Sequence record: NC_006883.2
DNA length: 64,000 nucleotides
Direction: 5' to 3' (one strand)
Shown: piece after piece, positions 48,059 through 57,467 of the stretch
Layout of the letters: each line of letters opens with the position of its first letter
How positions within the stretch are numbered: the first letter of the stretch is position 1
Position numbers and translations under genes: made by a program
Notes under the pieces: generated by a model
What the model was told of the DNA's origin: nothing
The model's input: only the letters and a program-made list of their open reading frames with translations
The model's database searches: none

Positions 48059-49126
48059 ATGGATGTATTAGTTTATAGTGCTCTGAATGAACAAGCTGCA
48101 CTGAAAAAAGAAATAGCTGAAAAGCAAGCCTGTTTATTTGATCTTAAACAGGATGCTAGTGCTGGTGGTGGTGCTTCTGGTTCTGCAGAATCTTGTGCTA
48201 AAGCTTGGTTAAATCGTGAAGATGGTAAAGGTGAGAAGGGGCATTGGAAAGATCCTGCTGATACAACTAAATGGCATGTTTGGGAAGGAGAAGGTTGGAC
48301 TGGTGGTCTAAAAGTTTGTGATGGTACTGGTTATTATAGATGTAACTGTAGTTGTAACTGGACTGTTCCTTCTGGTGTAACAAAAGCTAGATTCCAATTA
48401 TGGGGTGCTGGTGGTGGTGCAAATAGAGGACCTTGTTGTTGTGCTCATACACCATTCGGATCTACTGGTGCTTATGCATCGGTTATTATTCCAGTAACTG
48501 CTGGTTGGACTTATTGTATGTGTACTGGTTGTGCTTATTGTTGCTATGCATATAGTCAATCTGGAGCACATAGACTAAATGGATGTCAAACTTGGGTAAG
48601 TGGATGCCACTTCTGTAATTTCTGTGCAGATGGAGGACAAGGTGGTTTAGGTGTTTGGATGTCCATGAGAGGTAACTACTGTGTTTGTAGGGTTGCTTCT
48701 GCACAAAATGATCAGTGTGGTGGGCAGATATGTTATAATGGTGGTGACTGGTGTTTCACTGGACCTAACTTTGGTGAGATATGTAATGTTCCTGGATCTC
48801 ATACTTCTGGATCTCTTTGCGATATCGCTTGTCCAACATTCGAGAATGTAATTTACGGTATTCGTGGAATATGGCCAAGTATGTGTTTCAATAGTGACCA
48901 TTATGGATGGGAAATGCATCCTCCTGTATATGGATTTGAAACTGCTACTAGATGTTGCCCTTGCTATACTAGTGGTAACTGTTGTGGATATGCGTGTAGT
49001 GCTTGGCAGAACTCTTGTTTAAGATATCCTGGTGCTGGTGGATTTGCATCACATGCTATGGGTGGTGGTACTAGTCACTGTGGTGACGTTGGTAAGTTTG
49101 GTATGGTTTGTGTATCTTGGAAATAG
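48059..49126 (+). CDS. Cys-rich glycine-rich adhesin-like protein B
   Basis: ~36 Cys in 355 aa; paralog of 46260 (RFQLWGAGGG, CAYCC, GMVCVS). Confidence 0.75.
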   Translation: MDVLVYSALNEQAALKKEIAEKQACLFDLKQDASAGGGASGSAESCAKAWLNREDGKGEKGHWKDPADTTKWHVWEGEGWTGGLKVCDGTGYYRCNCSCNWTVPSGVTKARFQLWGAGGGANRGPCCCAHTPFGSTGAYASVIIPVTAGWTYCMCTGCAYCCYAYSQSGAHRLNGCQTWVSGCHFCNFCADGGQGGLGVWMSMRGNYCVCRVASAQNDQCGGQICYNGGDWCFTGPNFGEICNVPGSHTSGSLCDIACPTFENVIYGIRGIWPSMCFNSDHYGWEMHPPVYGFETATRCCPCYTSGNCCGYACSAWQNSCLRYPGAGGFASHAMGGGTSHCGDVGKFGMVCVSWK

Positions 49127-49150
49127 TATAATTTTTTAAATATAAAAATT

Positions 49151-49186
49151 AAAACCCTTGACTTATTCGGTTGAGGGTTTTATAAT
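49151..49186 (+). promoter_or_regulatory. Sigma70-like promoter overlapping a terminator-like hairpin
   Basis: TTGACT 49158-17 bp-TATAAT 49181; aaaaccct...agggtttt inverted repeat. Confidence 0.7.
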
Positions 49187-49281
49187 GTAATGGTGTAGTG
49201 TAATCATAACCTAACACTCTTAGTTTGGTTGACTATATAAATCACCAATGATATAATATTAAACATTGAGGTTTGACTTGA

Positions 49282-50394
49282 ATGAATAAGGCGTTTTTCA
49301 TTAATGGTGGAGCAGGGCGTGTGCTTTGTTCTATTCCTGCATTAGAGAGGTTTGCAGAAACACATGACGATTTTGTAGTAGTATCTGAATCTTGGCATGA
49401 GTTATATTTAAACAGTAAAATATTACGAGAGAAGGTTTTTCCTTTTGGTCATAAAGATTTATTTGAAGATCATTTGAAAGATAAAAAGATAATATCACCT
49501 GAACCATACAGAGTAAATCAATATTTTAATCAGAAATGTAATCTCATACAAGCATTTGATATAGAGATTAATGAGTTGGATGAGATCCCAGAAACTAGAA
49601 ATATTAGTATAGATCTTAATAAAGAAGATCAAATAACTGGACATAATTTAACTGCTGAAGTAAAAGGCACTTTAGGTAAAGATAAGGTAATAGTATTTCA
49701 ACCATTTGGACAAGGTTCTAAATCTGAAGGTAATTTTATATACGATAGTAGTGGTAGAAGTTTTGAAGTTTCTAATATAATATCTCTAATTAAAGAGTTG
49801 AATAAAAATTACGGTGTAATTATTATGACAACTATAGAAATTCCAGGATGGCAGGGAATGGGTGTTGCTTGTCCTCAAGGTTTAGGATTGAATGGTTGGA
49901 TGGGTGTTATTAACTCTGCGGATTATTTCTTAGGGTGTGACAGTATTGGGCAGCATATGGCATATGCATTAAAGAAACCTTCTACTGTTGTTATTGGATC
50001 AACTTTTCCTGAAAATATTTCTTATCCAGATACTTCTAGATTTACTGTTATTGATAATGGAGAAGGAAGAAGACGGTATAGTCCAATAAGATTAACAATG
50101 GATTTGAATGTTGATAGAAATAATGAAGATTTAATGGTACTAGACGATAAGAAGTTAAAAAATATTGTTAAAGGTATTAAAGATAAGATAGGTGTAAGTA
50201 AATCAATAAATGTAGGAGTTGGGGTGACTCCTAAAGGTTCTTCTACACCAGAATTGGTATATAATAAACCCAATAAAGGAATTACACCTTCAAAGTATTC
50301 AATCTCTCTTGATGGAGATTCAAAATCTTCAAAGAAAAAGAAAAAACCAATCGAAGAATTATTGACTTTAGAAACTAAAAAAGGATTATCTTAA
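49282..50394 (+). CDS. GT9 (heptosyltransferase)-like glycosyltransferase
   Basis: GGAGRVLCSIPAL, VFQPFG, FLGCDSIGQHMAYALKKP..VIGST. Confidence 0.72.
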   Translation: MNKAFFINGGAGRVLCSIPALERFAETHDDFVVVSESWHELYLNSKILREKVFPFGHKDLFEDHLKDKKIISPEPYRVNQYFNQKCNLIQAFDIEINELDEIPETRNISIDLNKEDQITGHNLTAEVKGTLGKDKVIVFQPFGQGSKSEGNFIYDSSGRSFEVSNIISLIKELNKNYGVIIMTTIEIPGWQGMGVACPQGLGLNGWMGVINSADYFLGCDSIGQHMAYALKKPSTVVIGSTFPENISYPDTSRFTVIDNGEGRRRYSPIRLTMDLNVDRNNEDLMVLDDKKLKNIVKGIKDKIGVSKSINVGVGVTPKGSSTPELVYNKPNKGITPSKYSISLDGDSKSSKKKKKPIEELLTLETKKGLS

Positions 50395-50396
50395 TT

Positions 50397-52199
50397 ATGA
50401 GTAATATTATCTGTTCTATTTCTCGTGGACATAATGCTAGTACCACGTTGATGGTTGATGGTAAAATAATTTTTTATCTTGAGGAAGAGCGTTTATCTAG
50501 GTTTAAACGTGATGGTACTCCGTTGTTGGGGATGGCAAAAGTATATGAATATGTGGATCATATTGATCATTTAGTTGTTTGTCATACACATAGATCCGCA
50601 CCTACAGTTGATTGGACTACTGAGGATCTTTATAAATCTTGGATGAGAAAATTATGTAAGAGAAAAACTCCATATAAAATAACTTTTATTGATAGTATTC
50701 ACCATGAAATGCATTCTAATATAGCATTTATAAATTCTGGATTTGATAGTGCTGCTGCTGTCATTGCTGATGGTGCAGGAAGTTTTTTACATATTGAAGC
50801 TTTTGAAAATACAATATACGAATTTGAATCAATATATCATGTCAAGAAAGATTTAGATACTAAAACTGTGTATAAGCACTATGGAACAGACGAACCATGT
50901 GGATATATGTTATTAGATAGAGAAACCCAGAATCCAAATTTGATTATTACTGAGTTTCCTGGTATAGTGAAAGAATATGAAGCAATAACAAGATATTGTG
51001 GGTTTAATTCTATTGAAGCTGGAAAAACAATGGGTTTATCTCCATATGGAGAACCAAATCCAGAGATACCTCCAATGTTTGTGAATGGATTTGGAAATAG
51101 GAATTTATTTAAACCGAATTATCCAAATGGTGCATATGTTATAGAGGATCGATATAAAATAATTAGAGATGATTATATCTCTCATAATGGAGAAGTAGGA
51201 ACAGGAGAGTATACGCAGGTTCAAAAAGATCTAGCATATGCTATTCAGAAAGAATCTGAAGATCAAATGTGTGCTTTAATTCAAAAGGCACATGAAATGA
51301 CTGGAGAAAAGAATATTGTTATATGTGGTGGGTATGGTTTAAATTGTGTTGCTAACTATAAATTTAAGCAAAGATTTCCAAATCTAAACATATATGTTGA
51401 ACCAATTTCTCACGATGGTGGAACATCTATGGGTGGTGCTTACCATGTTTATTATAATGATTATGTAAAAACAGGGAAAGAATCTAGGAAAGTAGAACCA
51501 CCAAAAACAATATATTATGGACCTCAATATGATCCAGATACATACCTAAATTATATTCATGAGTATCCAAGTGCTAAAGTTACTGATGCTTCATATGATA
51601 GTGTTGCTAGGTTAATTCGTGAAGGTAATATTGTAACTATCTTCCAAGGTAGATCGGAAGCAGGTCCTAGAGCACTTGGAAATAGATCTATTCTATTTGA
51701 TCCTACTATTAAAGATGGTAAGGACATAGTTAATAGTGTAAAACATCGGGAGTTCTTTAGACCATTTGCGTGTTCTATTCTTGCAGATAAGGTTCATGAT
51801 TGGTTTGATCTTGCTGGTATGGATGATTCTCCAAGTATGATGTATGCTGTAGATGCTTTACCTGGAGTTGCAGAGAAGATTCCATCAGTAATACATGTTG
51901 ATAATACTTGTAGAATTCAGACAGTTACTAAAGAGCAAAATGAACATTATTATAATTTGATTAGTGCTTTTGAAAAACTTTCCAACACGCCTATATTATT
52001 CAATACATCATTTAATTTGGGTGGAGATCCTTTAGTTGAAGATATTGATGATGCATTAGATACACTATCAACTAGTGATATTAATTATATGTATTTGCCT
52101 GAAATTCAAAAGTTAGTTGAACTAAAAACTAGGGAAATGCAAGATACAAGACAACAACCTATTAATATACTAACGGAAACTGCTGATACTAAATTATAA
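50397..52199 (+). CDS. Carbamoyltransferase (NodU/CmcH family)
   Basis: GHNAS, HHEMH, AGKTMGL, GGYGLNCVAN, HDGGTSMG, GPRALGNRS, NTSFN. Confidence 0.93.
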   Translation: MSNIICSISRGHNASTTLMVDGKIIFYLEEERLSRFKRDGTPLLGMAKVYEYVDHIDHLVVCHTHRSAPTVDWTTEDLYKSWMRKLCKRKTPYKITFIDSIHHEMHSNIAFINSGFDSAAAVIADGAGSFLHIEAFENTIYEFESIYHVKKDLDTKTVYKHYGTDEPCGYMLLDRETQNPNLIITEFPGIVKEYEAITRYCGFNSIEAGKTMGLSPYGEPNPEIPPMFVNGFGNRNLFKPNYPNGAYVIEDRYKIIRDDYISHNGEVGTGEYTQVQKDLAYAIQKESEDQMCALIQKAHEMTGEKNIVICGGYGLNCVANYKFKQRFPNLNIYVEPISHDGGTSMGGAYHVYYNDYVKTGKESRKVEPPKTIYYGPQYDPDTYLNYIHEYPSAKVTDASYDSVARLIREGNIVTIFQGRSEAGPRALGNRSILFDPTIKDGKDIVNSVKHREFFRPFACSILADKVHDWFDLAGMDDSPSMMYAVDALPGVAEKIPSVIHVDNTCRIQTVTKEQNEHYYNLISAFEKLSNTPILFNTSFNLGGDPLVEDIDDALDTLSTSDINYMYLPEIQKLVELKTREMQDTRQQPINILTETADTKL

Positions 52200-52615
52200 T
52201 GCAGAACGATATTGTTTGGTGCAACGGCACATTCGATATTCTTCATCCAGGACACATAGAACTATTCAAGGTTGCTAGATCTCTAGGAGACAAAGTAATA
52301 GTTGCTACGGATACGGATGAGAAGATTCGTACTGACAAAGGTGAGCATCGCCCTATAAACGATCTTTGTTATAGGGTTGCTATGCTTGAGGCAATCAAGT
52401 ATATTGATGTGGTACATACCTTTGGTAGTAGGAAAGAGTTAGAGGATCTAATTGAACTATACCAACCTGATATATTATTACTTGGTGATGATTGGAGGGA
52501 TGGTGATGTAGTTGGTTGGGAACACGCTGGTGAGGTAAGACATCTTCCTAGAGTAGGTGGATATGCCAGCAGTAATGTCATCAAAAAGATTAATGAAAGT
52601 ACTGTTACTGGGTGA
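52199..52615 (+). CDS. Heptose-1-phosphate nucleotidyltransferase (HldE C-terminal/HldC-like)
   Basis: NGTFDILHPGH HxGH motif, GDDW. Confidence 0.88.
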   Translation: MQNDIVWCNGTFDILHPGHIELFKVARSLGDKVIVATDTDEKIRTDKGEHRPINDLCYRVAMLEAIKYIDVVHTFGSRKELEDLIELYQPDILLLGDDWRDGDVVGWEHAGEVRHLPRVGGYASSNVIKKINESTVTG

Positions 52616-53333
52616 TAGTTGTGAAGATGAGTACATCTATGGTAGGTGTACTAGGTTAAGTCCAGAGGCTCCTGTACCTGTATTAGATTATGCTAAGTTA
52701 CAAACTAAATCTGGTATGGCAGGTAACGTTTGTTTAAACTTACAATCATTTGGTCTTGACATAACATTTTTAACTAACCCTGAGAAGATAGTAAAGACAA
52801 GATTTATTGATGAGAAATCAAATCAACAGATACTCAGAGTTGATAATGAGACTAGAGTAAAACCTTTATTGGTTCCTGTAGCAACAAATAGTTTTGATGC
52901 AGTTGTTATTTCGGATTATAATAAAGGGTATCTACCTACAGAAAAGATATTTGAAATTGTAGAGAGTGCAACTTGCCCTGTTTTTATTGATAGTAAGAAA
53001 ACTGTTCTTCCTAACAAAGAGAATTGCTTTGTTAAGATAAATGATGTAGAATATGAGAAGTTACAGCATGATTGTTATATTGATAATCTGATAGTAACGA
53101 AAGGATCTCAAGGATGTGTTTACAAACAAACTTTATATCCAGCAGAGAAAGTAAATGTATATGATGTAGTTGGTGCTGGAGATACTTTTCTTTCAGCATT
53201 AGTCTATGGGTATATAACTACTAACAACATAGATGAATCCCTTATGATGGGAAATAGAGCAGCAGCGATTGCAGTTCAACAACCAGGAACTTACATTTTA
53301 ACAGAGGAAGATGTCCAAAAGATACTGTATTGA
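52593..53333 (+). CDS. PfkB-family heptose kinase (HldE N-terminal/HldA-like)
   Basis: RLSPEAPVPV, GMAGNV, ISDYNKG, DVVGAGDTF. Confidence 0.9.
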   Translation: MKVLLLGDSCEDEYIYGRCTRLSPEAPVPVLDYAKLQTKSGMAGNVCLNLQSFGLDITFLTNPEKIVKTRFIDEKSNQQILRVDNETRVKPLLVPVATNSFDAVVISDYNKGYLPTEKIFEIVESATCPVFIDSKKTVLPNKENCFVKINDVEYEKLQHDCYIDNLIVTKGSQGCVYKQTLYPAEKVNVYDVVGAGDTFLSALVYGYITTNNIDESLMMGNRAAAIAVQQPGTYILTEEDVQKILY

Positions 53334-53655
53334 TATTGATGGTACAATTTGTACTCCAACTGTGGGTAGGGATTACCATAAAGCACAACCTTGGCAAGAT
53401 CGTATTGCAAAAATAAATAATTTATATGATGAAGGTCATTATATTATCTACTTTACTGCTAGAGCGATGGGTAGATTTTCAGACCAACCTCATTCTATTG
53501 CTTCTGTAAAAGCAGAAGGAGTTCTATTTGATCTTACAAAGGATCAATTGGATGAGTGGGGATGTAAGTATAATGAATTGATTATGGGTAAACCTCATGC
53601 AGATTTATTCATAGATGACAAAGGAATTAACTGTGATGACTTCTTCAGAGATTAA
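53311..53655 (+). CDS. Small HAD-family phosphatase
   Basis: DIDGT, FTAR, GKP..DLFIDDK. Confidence 0.85.
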   Translation: MSKRYCIDIDGTICTPTVGRDYHKAQPWQDRIAKINNLYDEGHYIIYFTARAMGRFSDQPHSIASVKAEGVLFDLTKDQLDEWGCKYNELIMGKPHADLFIDDKGINCDDFFRD

Positions 53656-53992
53656 ATTTGTTCCTAAAGGATGGGGTTACGAGAAGTGGATATGTAATAC
53701 CCCAGAATATTGTGGTAAACTTTTATTCTTTGCTAAAGGTAAGAGATGCTCTTGGCATTATCATCTTTTAAAAGATGAAACATTTTTCTTACAGTCAGGT
53801 AAGATACATCTCTTTTATGGTTTTGATAATAATATAGGATTGTCCGAGAGTATAGTTTTAGAACCAGGTGATAAATTTCATATTGAAAGAAAGATGAGAC
53901 ATCAAATGTATGCTATGGAGGATTCAGAACTCTTTGAGTTTTCTACACAGCATTTTGATGAAGATTCACACAGGATCTTTAGAGGAGATTAA
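53636..53992 (+). CDS. Cupin-fold sugar isomerase-like protein
   Basis: VPKGWG.E, SWHYH..KDETF, HQM, EFSTQH. Confidence 0.8.
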   Translation: MTSSEIKFVPKGWGYEKWICNTPEYCGKLLFFAKGKRCSWHYHLLKDETFFLQSGKIHLFYGFDNNIGLSESIVLEPGDKFHIERKMRHQMYAMEDSELFEFSTQHFDEDSHRIFRGD

Positions 53993-54797
53993 GATATTGT
54001 GCTACATTTATAAACTGATAGTCCCATACCTTCTCTGCGATAGTTAGATATTGATATTTTCCTTTTAGATGTTCTGGGAATGGAACATATTCTATTTCCC
54101 CATTATATTTTGCTGCTATTAATTCAGCAACAAGTTTAAAACTAATTGGGTTACTGGTTCCAAGATCATAGATCCCAGATGGTTTGTCATTATTAAGAAC
54201 GACTTCTACTATATCTCCAACCCAAATAAAATCTCTTAGATACTTACCTGAACCTTCAAATAGTTTTAGTTTACCTGTTTCCTTTACTTGTTTGGTAAAC
54301 TTATGTACTGGACTTGCTTGGTCTCCTTTTTTATCTTCTCCTTCTCCATACACATTAAAGTATCTAAAACTTTGAATAGATGAGAACTTTTCTAGGTTGT
54401 CTTGAATGTAATAATCTATTTGTAATTTGGTAATAGCATAGTAATTTAATGGAGATATTTTATTGGGAGTACTTCCCATCAAACTCTTTCTTGTATTACC
54501 ATATACCGATGCAGATGAGGCAAATTTAACATCTATTTGATGCTCTATTGCCCTCTCAAACAGTTCTATAGTGAACCAAACATTAGTTCTATGGAGTTTA
54601 TCTATATCTGTTTCTGTTGTTGCTGAGATCGCTCCTTGGTGTAGTATAAGGGATACCTTATCCCAGTCCTTAAAATATGCTATCCAATCCCAACAATCAT
54701 GCTCATCAACCGTGACGATTTCTTCATCAGAATGTTCTATTAGATACTTAAGAAAGTTCTGACCTATAAATCCTTTTGCTCCTGTTAATATAATCAT
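53979..54797 (-). CDS. rfaD: ADP-L-glycero-D-manno-heptose 6-epimerase
   Basis: TGAKGFIG, HQGAISAT, FASSASVYG, PLNYYAITK, RYFNVYG, RDFIWVGD, KYQ. Confidence 0.88.
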   Translation of the reverse strand: MIILTGAKGFIGQNFLKYLIEHSDEEIVTVDEHDCWDWIAYFKDWDKVSLILHQGAISATTETDIDKLHRTNVWFTIELFERAIEHQIDVKFASSASVYGNTRKSLMGSTPNKISPLNYYAITKLQIDYYIQDNLEKFSSIQSFRYFNVYGEGEDKKGDQASPVHKFTKQVKETGKLKLFEGSGKYLRDFIWVGDIVEVVLNNDKPSGIYDLGTSNPISFKLVAELIAAKYNGEIEYVPFPEHLKGKYQYLTIAEKVWDYQFINVAQYLNLL

Positions 54798-55291
54798 GGT
54801 GTAAATAATAGATTAAATGATGCTACTATTCTTTTCCCCTTTGATGGGGGTACTTCGTGATTCACTATAGATGGGAATAATAATAACATACCATTTTTTG
54901 GTTCAATTGTAAAATTATTCTCAAATATTATAGGTGAACTATTTTCTTCTACATCTATGTAGTATACACCTGACAGACCTCCTGGCCAATGATTATGTTT
55001 TACTGCATGATTTCCTTTTTCATATTCCATCACCCAAAAATTTAAGGGATGTAAATTACAATTCATTTTTAAAAACTCTTGACTTTTTTTTAATATTTTA
55101 TCAATTAGAATCCTAAATCTTGGTTCTTTATAATGAGTATCAAAATGACTGTGCCATGCTTTTACATTACTATTATCTGATTCTGGATATTTTGTTCTAA
55201 AATCAGATATAATCTTTTTTAATTTATTATTTAATTCTTGATAATCATCAAGAGTGTATATTCCAATTTCCGTTTCTGTTAATATAATCAT
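54794..55291 (-). CDS. Putative 2OG-Fe(II) oxygenase
   Basis: HNH..GLSGVYY, FPSIVNHEV, RIVASFN. Confidence 0.82.
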   Translation of the reverse strand: MIILTETEIGIYTLDDYQELNNKLKKIISDFRTKYPESDNSNVKAWHSHFDTHYKEPRFRILIDKILKKSQEFLKMNCNLHPLNFWVMEYEKGNHAVKHNHWPGGLSGVYYIDVEENSSPIIFENNFTIEPKNGMLLLFPSIVNHEVPPSKGKRIVASFNLLFTP

Positions 55292-55303
55292 TATAAATAT
55301 TTA
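55292..55303. promoter_or_regulatory. Back-to-back late promoters
   Basis: TATAAATA on + (55292-55299); palindrome taaatattta gives TAAATA on -. Confidence 0.5.
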
Positions 55304-55321
55304 AAATTATTGTGTGTTTAA

Positions 55322-56836
55322 ATGGCATTTGGACTGTTAAACAGCATTATACCACAAACTGGAACAGTTACTACTCTTCATACTGGAGATACTGATAAGT
55401 TAACTGTAGGTAAGATAACCGTTGGTAGTAAGAATTATAATCCATCTAGGATACAGATTGGATATAAAGACGGTACTGGTGACGTAAAGTATTTTGAGTA
55501 CAATAGATATATTAAGTATGGTGAAGTAATAGAAACTGAGAATCTTTATTTAGGTGCTGGACAAGATTTAGTTATAAGATCAACTGAACCTGATGTAAAC
55601 TTTTTATTTTATGGTGAAACTAGTAATGATGTTATAAATCCTGTAAGATCGGGTGTATTAAGTCATACTTTATCTACTGGTGCAACAAAACAAGCATTGT
55701 TTACTGCTCCTGTAGGATCTCAGTCTAAAGTAACAGTATCTATCTGTAATTTAGGACCTGATGTAGCAACAGTAAAACTTGGTCTTTCAAATGGTAATTT
55801 AGCACTATTTGATGCTACAGAATATTTAGATTTTGGTTTTCAAATAGGACCAGGTCAAACATATACTAGACCTGATATTAAATTGGGGGAAGGGCAGTCT
55901 TTAATTGGATTTTCTAATCCCAATTCAAAGGTAACATTCCTTTGTCATGGTAAATTATTCTATGAAGTAAGTGGATTACCTACGAGTGATGATTTTGTTG
56001 TTCTTGGTAACTCTAGGTTTGATGGTAATGTTGGTGTAGGAAGATCTGCTACTGTAAAATTAGATGTAGTTGGTGATGCAATTATTACTGGTAATACTAT
56101 TATTGGTGGTGATGCAAAGATTAAGACTACAAATTATAATGAAGATATTGATAATGTTAGAAATGTAAGATCTATAGGAATATCTACATTCACGGGTGAT
56201 TTTACTATCAAAGGTGATACTACTGATATACAATCTTCTACATTAAAAACAAAATCTATTGATATTGTTTTAGGTAATACCACAACAGGATCTTTTACTG
56301 GAAATGTATCTGCTGGATCAAGTCATATTACCAATGTTTTACCTACAGATAACCTAGCAAAGGATATTGTTATTACTCCAACAAGTCTTCCTGGTGGATT
56401 AAATATTACTGGATCACCAACGGTTCTATCGATAGGTTCTTCAACTGTTAATATAAATCAAACGGTTTCTGGTAATGGATCTGGTCTTGCAACATTCAAT
56501 ATATCAGCACCTTCAGATGAGATTGCTAATAATGGTGGAATTATCATTAAAGGAACTACTGACAAATCTATACTATGGAAAAATTCTTCAGGTAGATTTG
56601 AGTTTAGTAATGGTGCTACTTTAAAAACTGGAATACTTCAAATAGTAGATGCAGCATCAGAAATTACAATTGGATCTACAACTGTTATTACTGCTAATAA
56701 GGTTTTTGGTAGATTACTTACCGATTTAATTGAAGATGGTAATGATACTACAAATTATATTCCAACAGCAATAGCAGTTACTAAGAGATCAAGGCAAGTA
56801 TCAGCAGAAGGATATTTTGCATCAAATTCAATATAA
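55322..56836 (+). CDS. Virion structural protein with two ~110-aa modules
   Basis: Tandem copies of the 30732/45648 module followed by a fibre-like region. Confidence 0.72.
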   Translation: MAFGLLNSIIPQTGTVTTLHTGDTDKLTVGKITVGSKNYNPSRIQIGYKDGTGDVKYFEYNRYIKYGEVIETENLYLGAGQDLVIRSTEPDVNFLFYGETSNDVINPVRSGVLSHTLSTGATKQALFTAPVGSQSKVTVSICNLGPDVATVKLGLSNGNLALFDATEYLDFGFQIGPGQTYTRPDIKLGEGQSLIGFSNPNSKVTFLCHGKLFYEVSGLPTSDDFVVLGNSRFDGNVGVGRSATVKLDVVGDAIITGNTIIGGDAKIKTTNYNEDIDNVRNVRSIGISTFTGDFTIKGDTTDIQSSTLKTKSIDIVLGNTTTGSFTGNVSAGSSHITNVLPTDNLAKDIVITPTSLPGGLNITGSPTVLSIGSSTVNINQTVSGNGSGLATFNISAPSDEIANNGGIIIKGTTDKSILWKNSSGRFEFSNGATLKTGILQIVDAASEITIGSTTVITANKVFGRLLTDLIEDGNDTTNYIPTAIAVTKRSRQVSAEGYFASNSI

Positions 56837-56884
56837 TTTGTGTTATAATAACTACTAAATAATTTTTTAAAACTAATATCGAAA

Positions 56885-57133
56885 ATGAATTTTACGATTT
56901 ATAGTAGGGAAGGTTGCCCATATTGTGATAAAGTAAAGGAAGTGATGAGGTTGACAAAACTAGAACATGTTGTGTATAATCTAGAGGATGATTTTACACG
57001 AGAAGATTTTTATGCCGAGTTTGGTCAAGGATCAACATTTCCCCAAGTAGTCTGCGATGACACAGGAGAAAGGCAAAAAGTTGGCGGTTGCACAGAGACT
57101 GTCAAATTTCTTAGAGAAAATAAAATCGTCTAA
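56885..57133 (+). CDS. Glutaredoxin
   Basis: CPYC, TFPQV, VGGC. Confidence 0.93.
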   Translation: MNFTIYSREGCPYCDKVKEVMRLTKLEHVVYNLEDDFTREDFYAEFGQGSTFPQVVCDDTGERQKVGGCTETVKFLRENKIV

Positions 57134-57251
57134 GAAACCTATAAATAAACCAGATTATGATATTGATCGTGGTTTTGAATTCATTCTAACGGGAGGTAAA
57201 AAGCAAAGTAAACCATTACATATCACCACACTCACCATAGGAGGCAGACAG

Positions 57252-57467
57252 ATGTTAGCGATAAGTTTAGTTTTCGGGTCTTTTCTAACGATACTGTTTC
57301 TCATAGTAGGAGCGATTGGTGGATGGGTTGCCAGAGAATACTTTATGAACTATCATGATGTTAAAGTACATCCTGAAATGTTTGATGGTAATGGTAATTT
57401 ACTTCCCGACGAAATTGTAGCATTTAGATTTGAAAATTATGACAACAACGAAGAAGACGACGACTAG
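57252..57467 (+). CDS. Conserved cyanophage membrane protein
   Basis: RBS GGAGG; MLAISLVF..HPEMFD; frame is open upstream to 57057. Confidence 0.7.
   Translation: MLAISLVFGSFLTILFLIVGAIGGWVAREYFMNYHDVKVHPEMFDGNGNLLPDEIVAFRFENYDNNEEDDD

Noticed and set aside
46527-48919. Several antisense or alternate-frame ORFs over the Cys-rich genes
   Set aside because: Low-complexity shadows of Gly/Cys codons; no independent signals.
57057-57251. Extended 136-aa ORF overlapping glutaredoxin
   Set aside because: It overlaps grx by 77 nt, and a late promoter (57140) and strong RBS support the start at 57252; the upstream part may be a remnant of a neighbouring conserved ORF.
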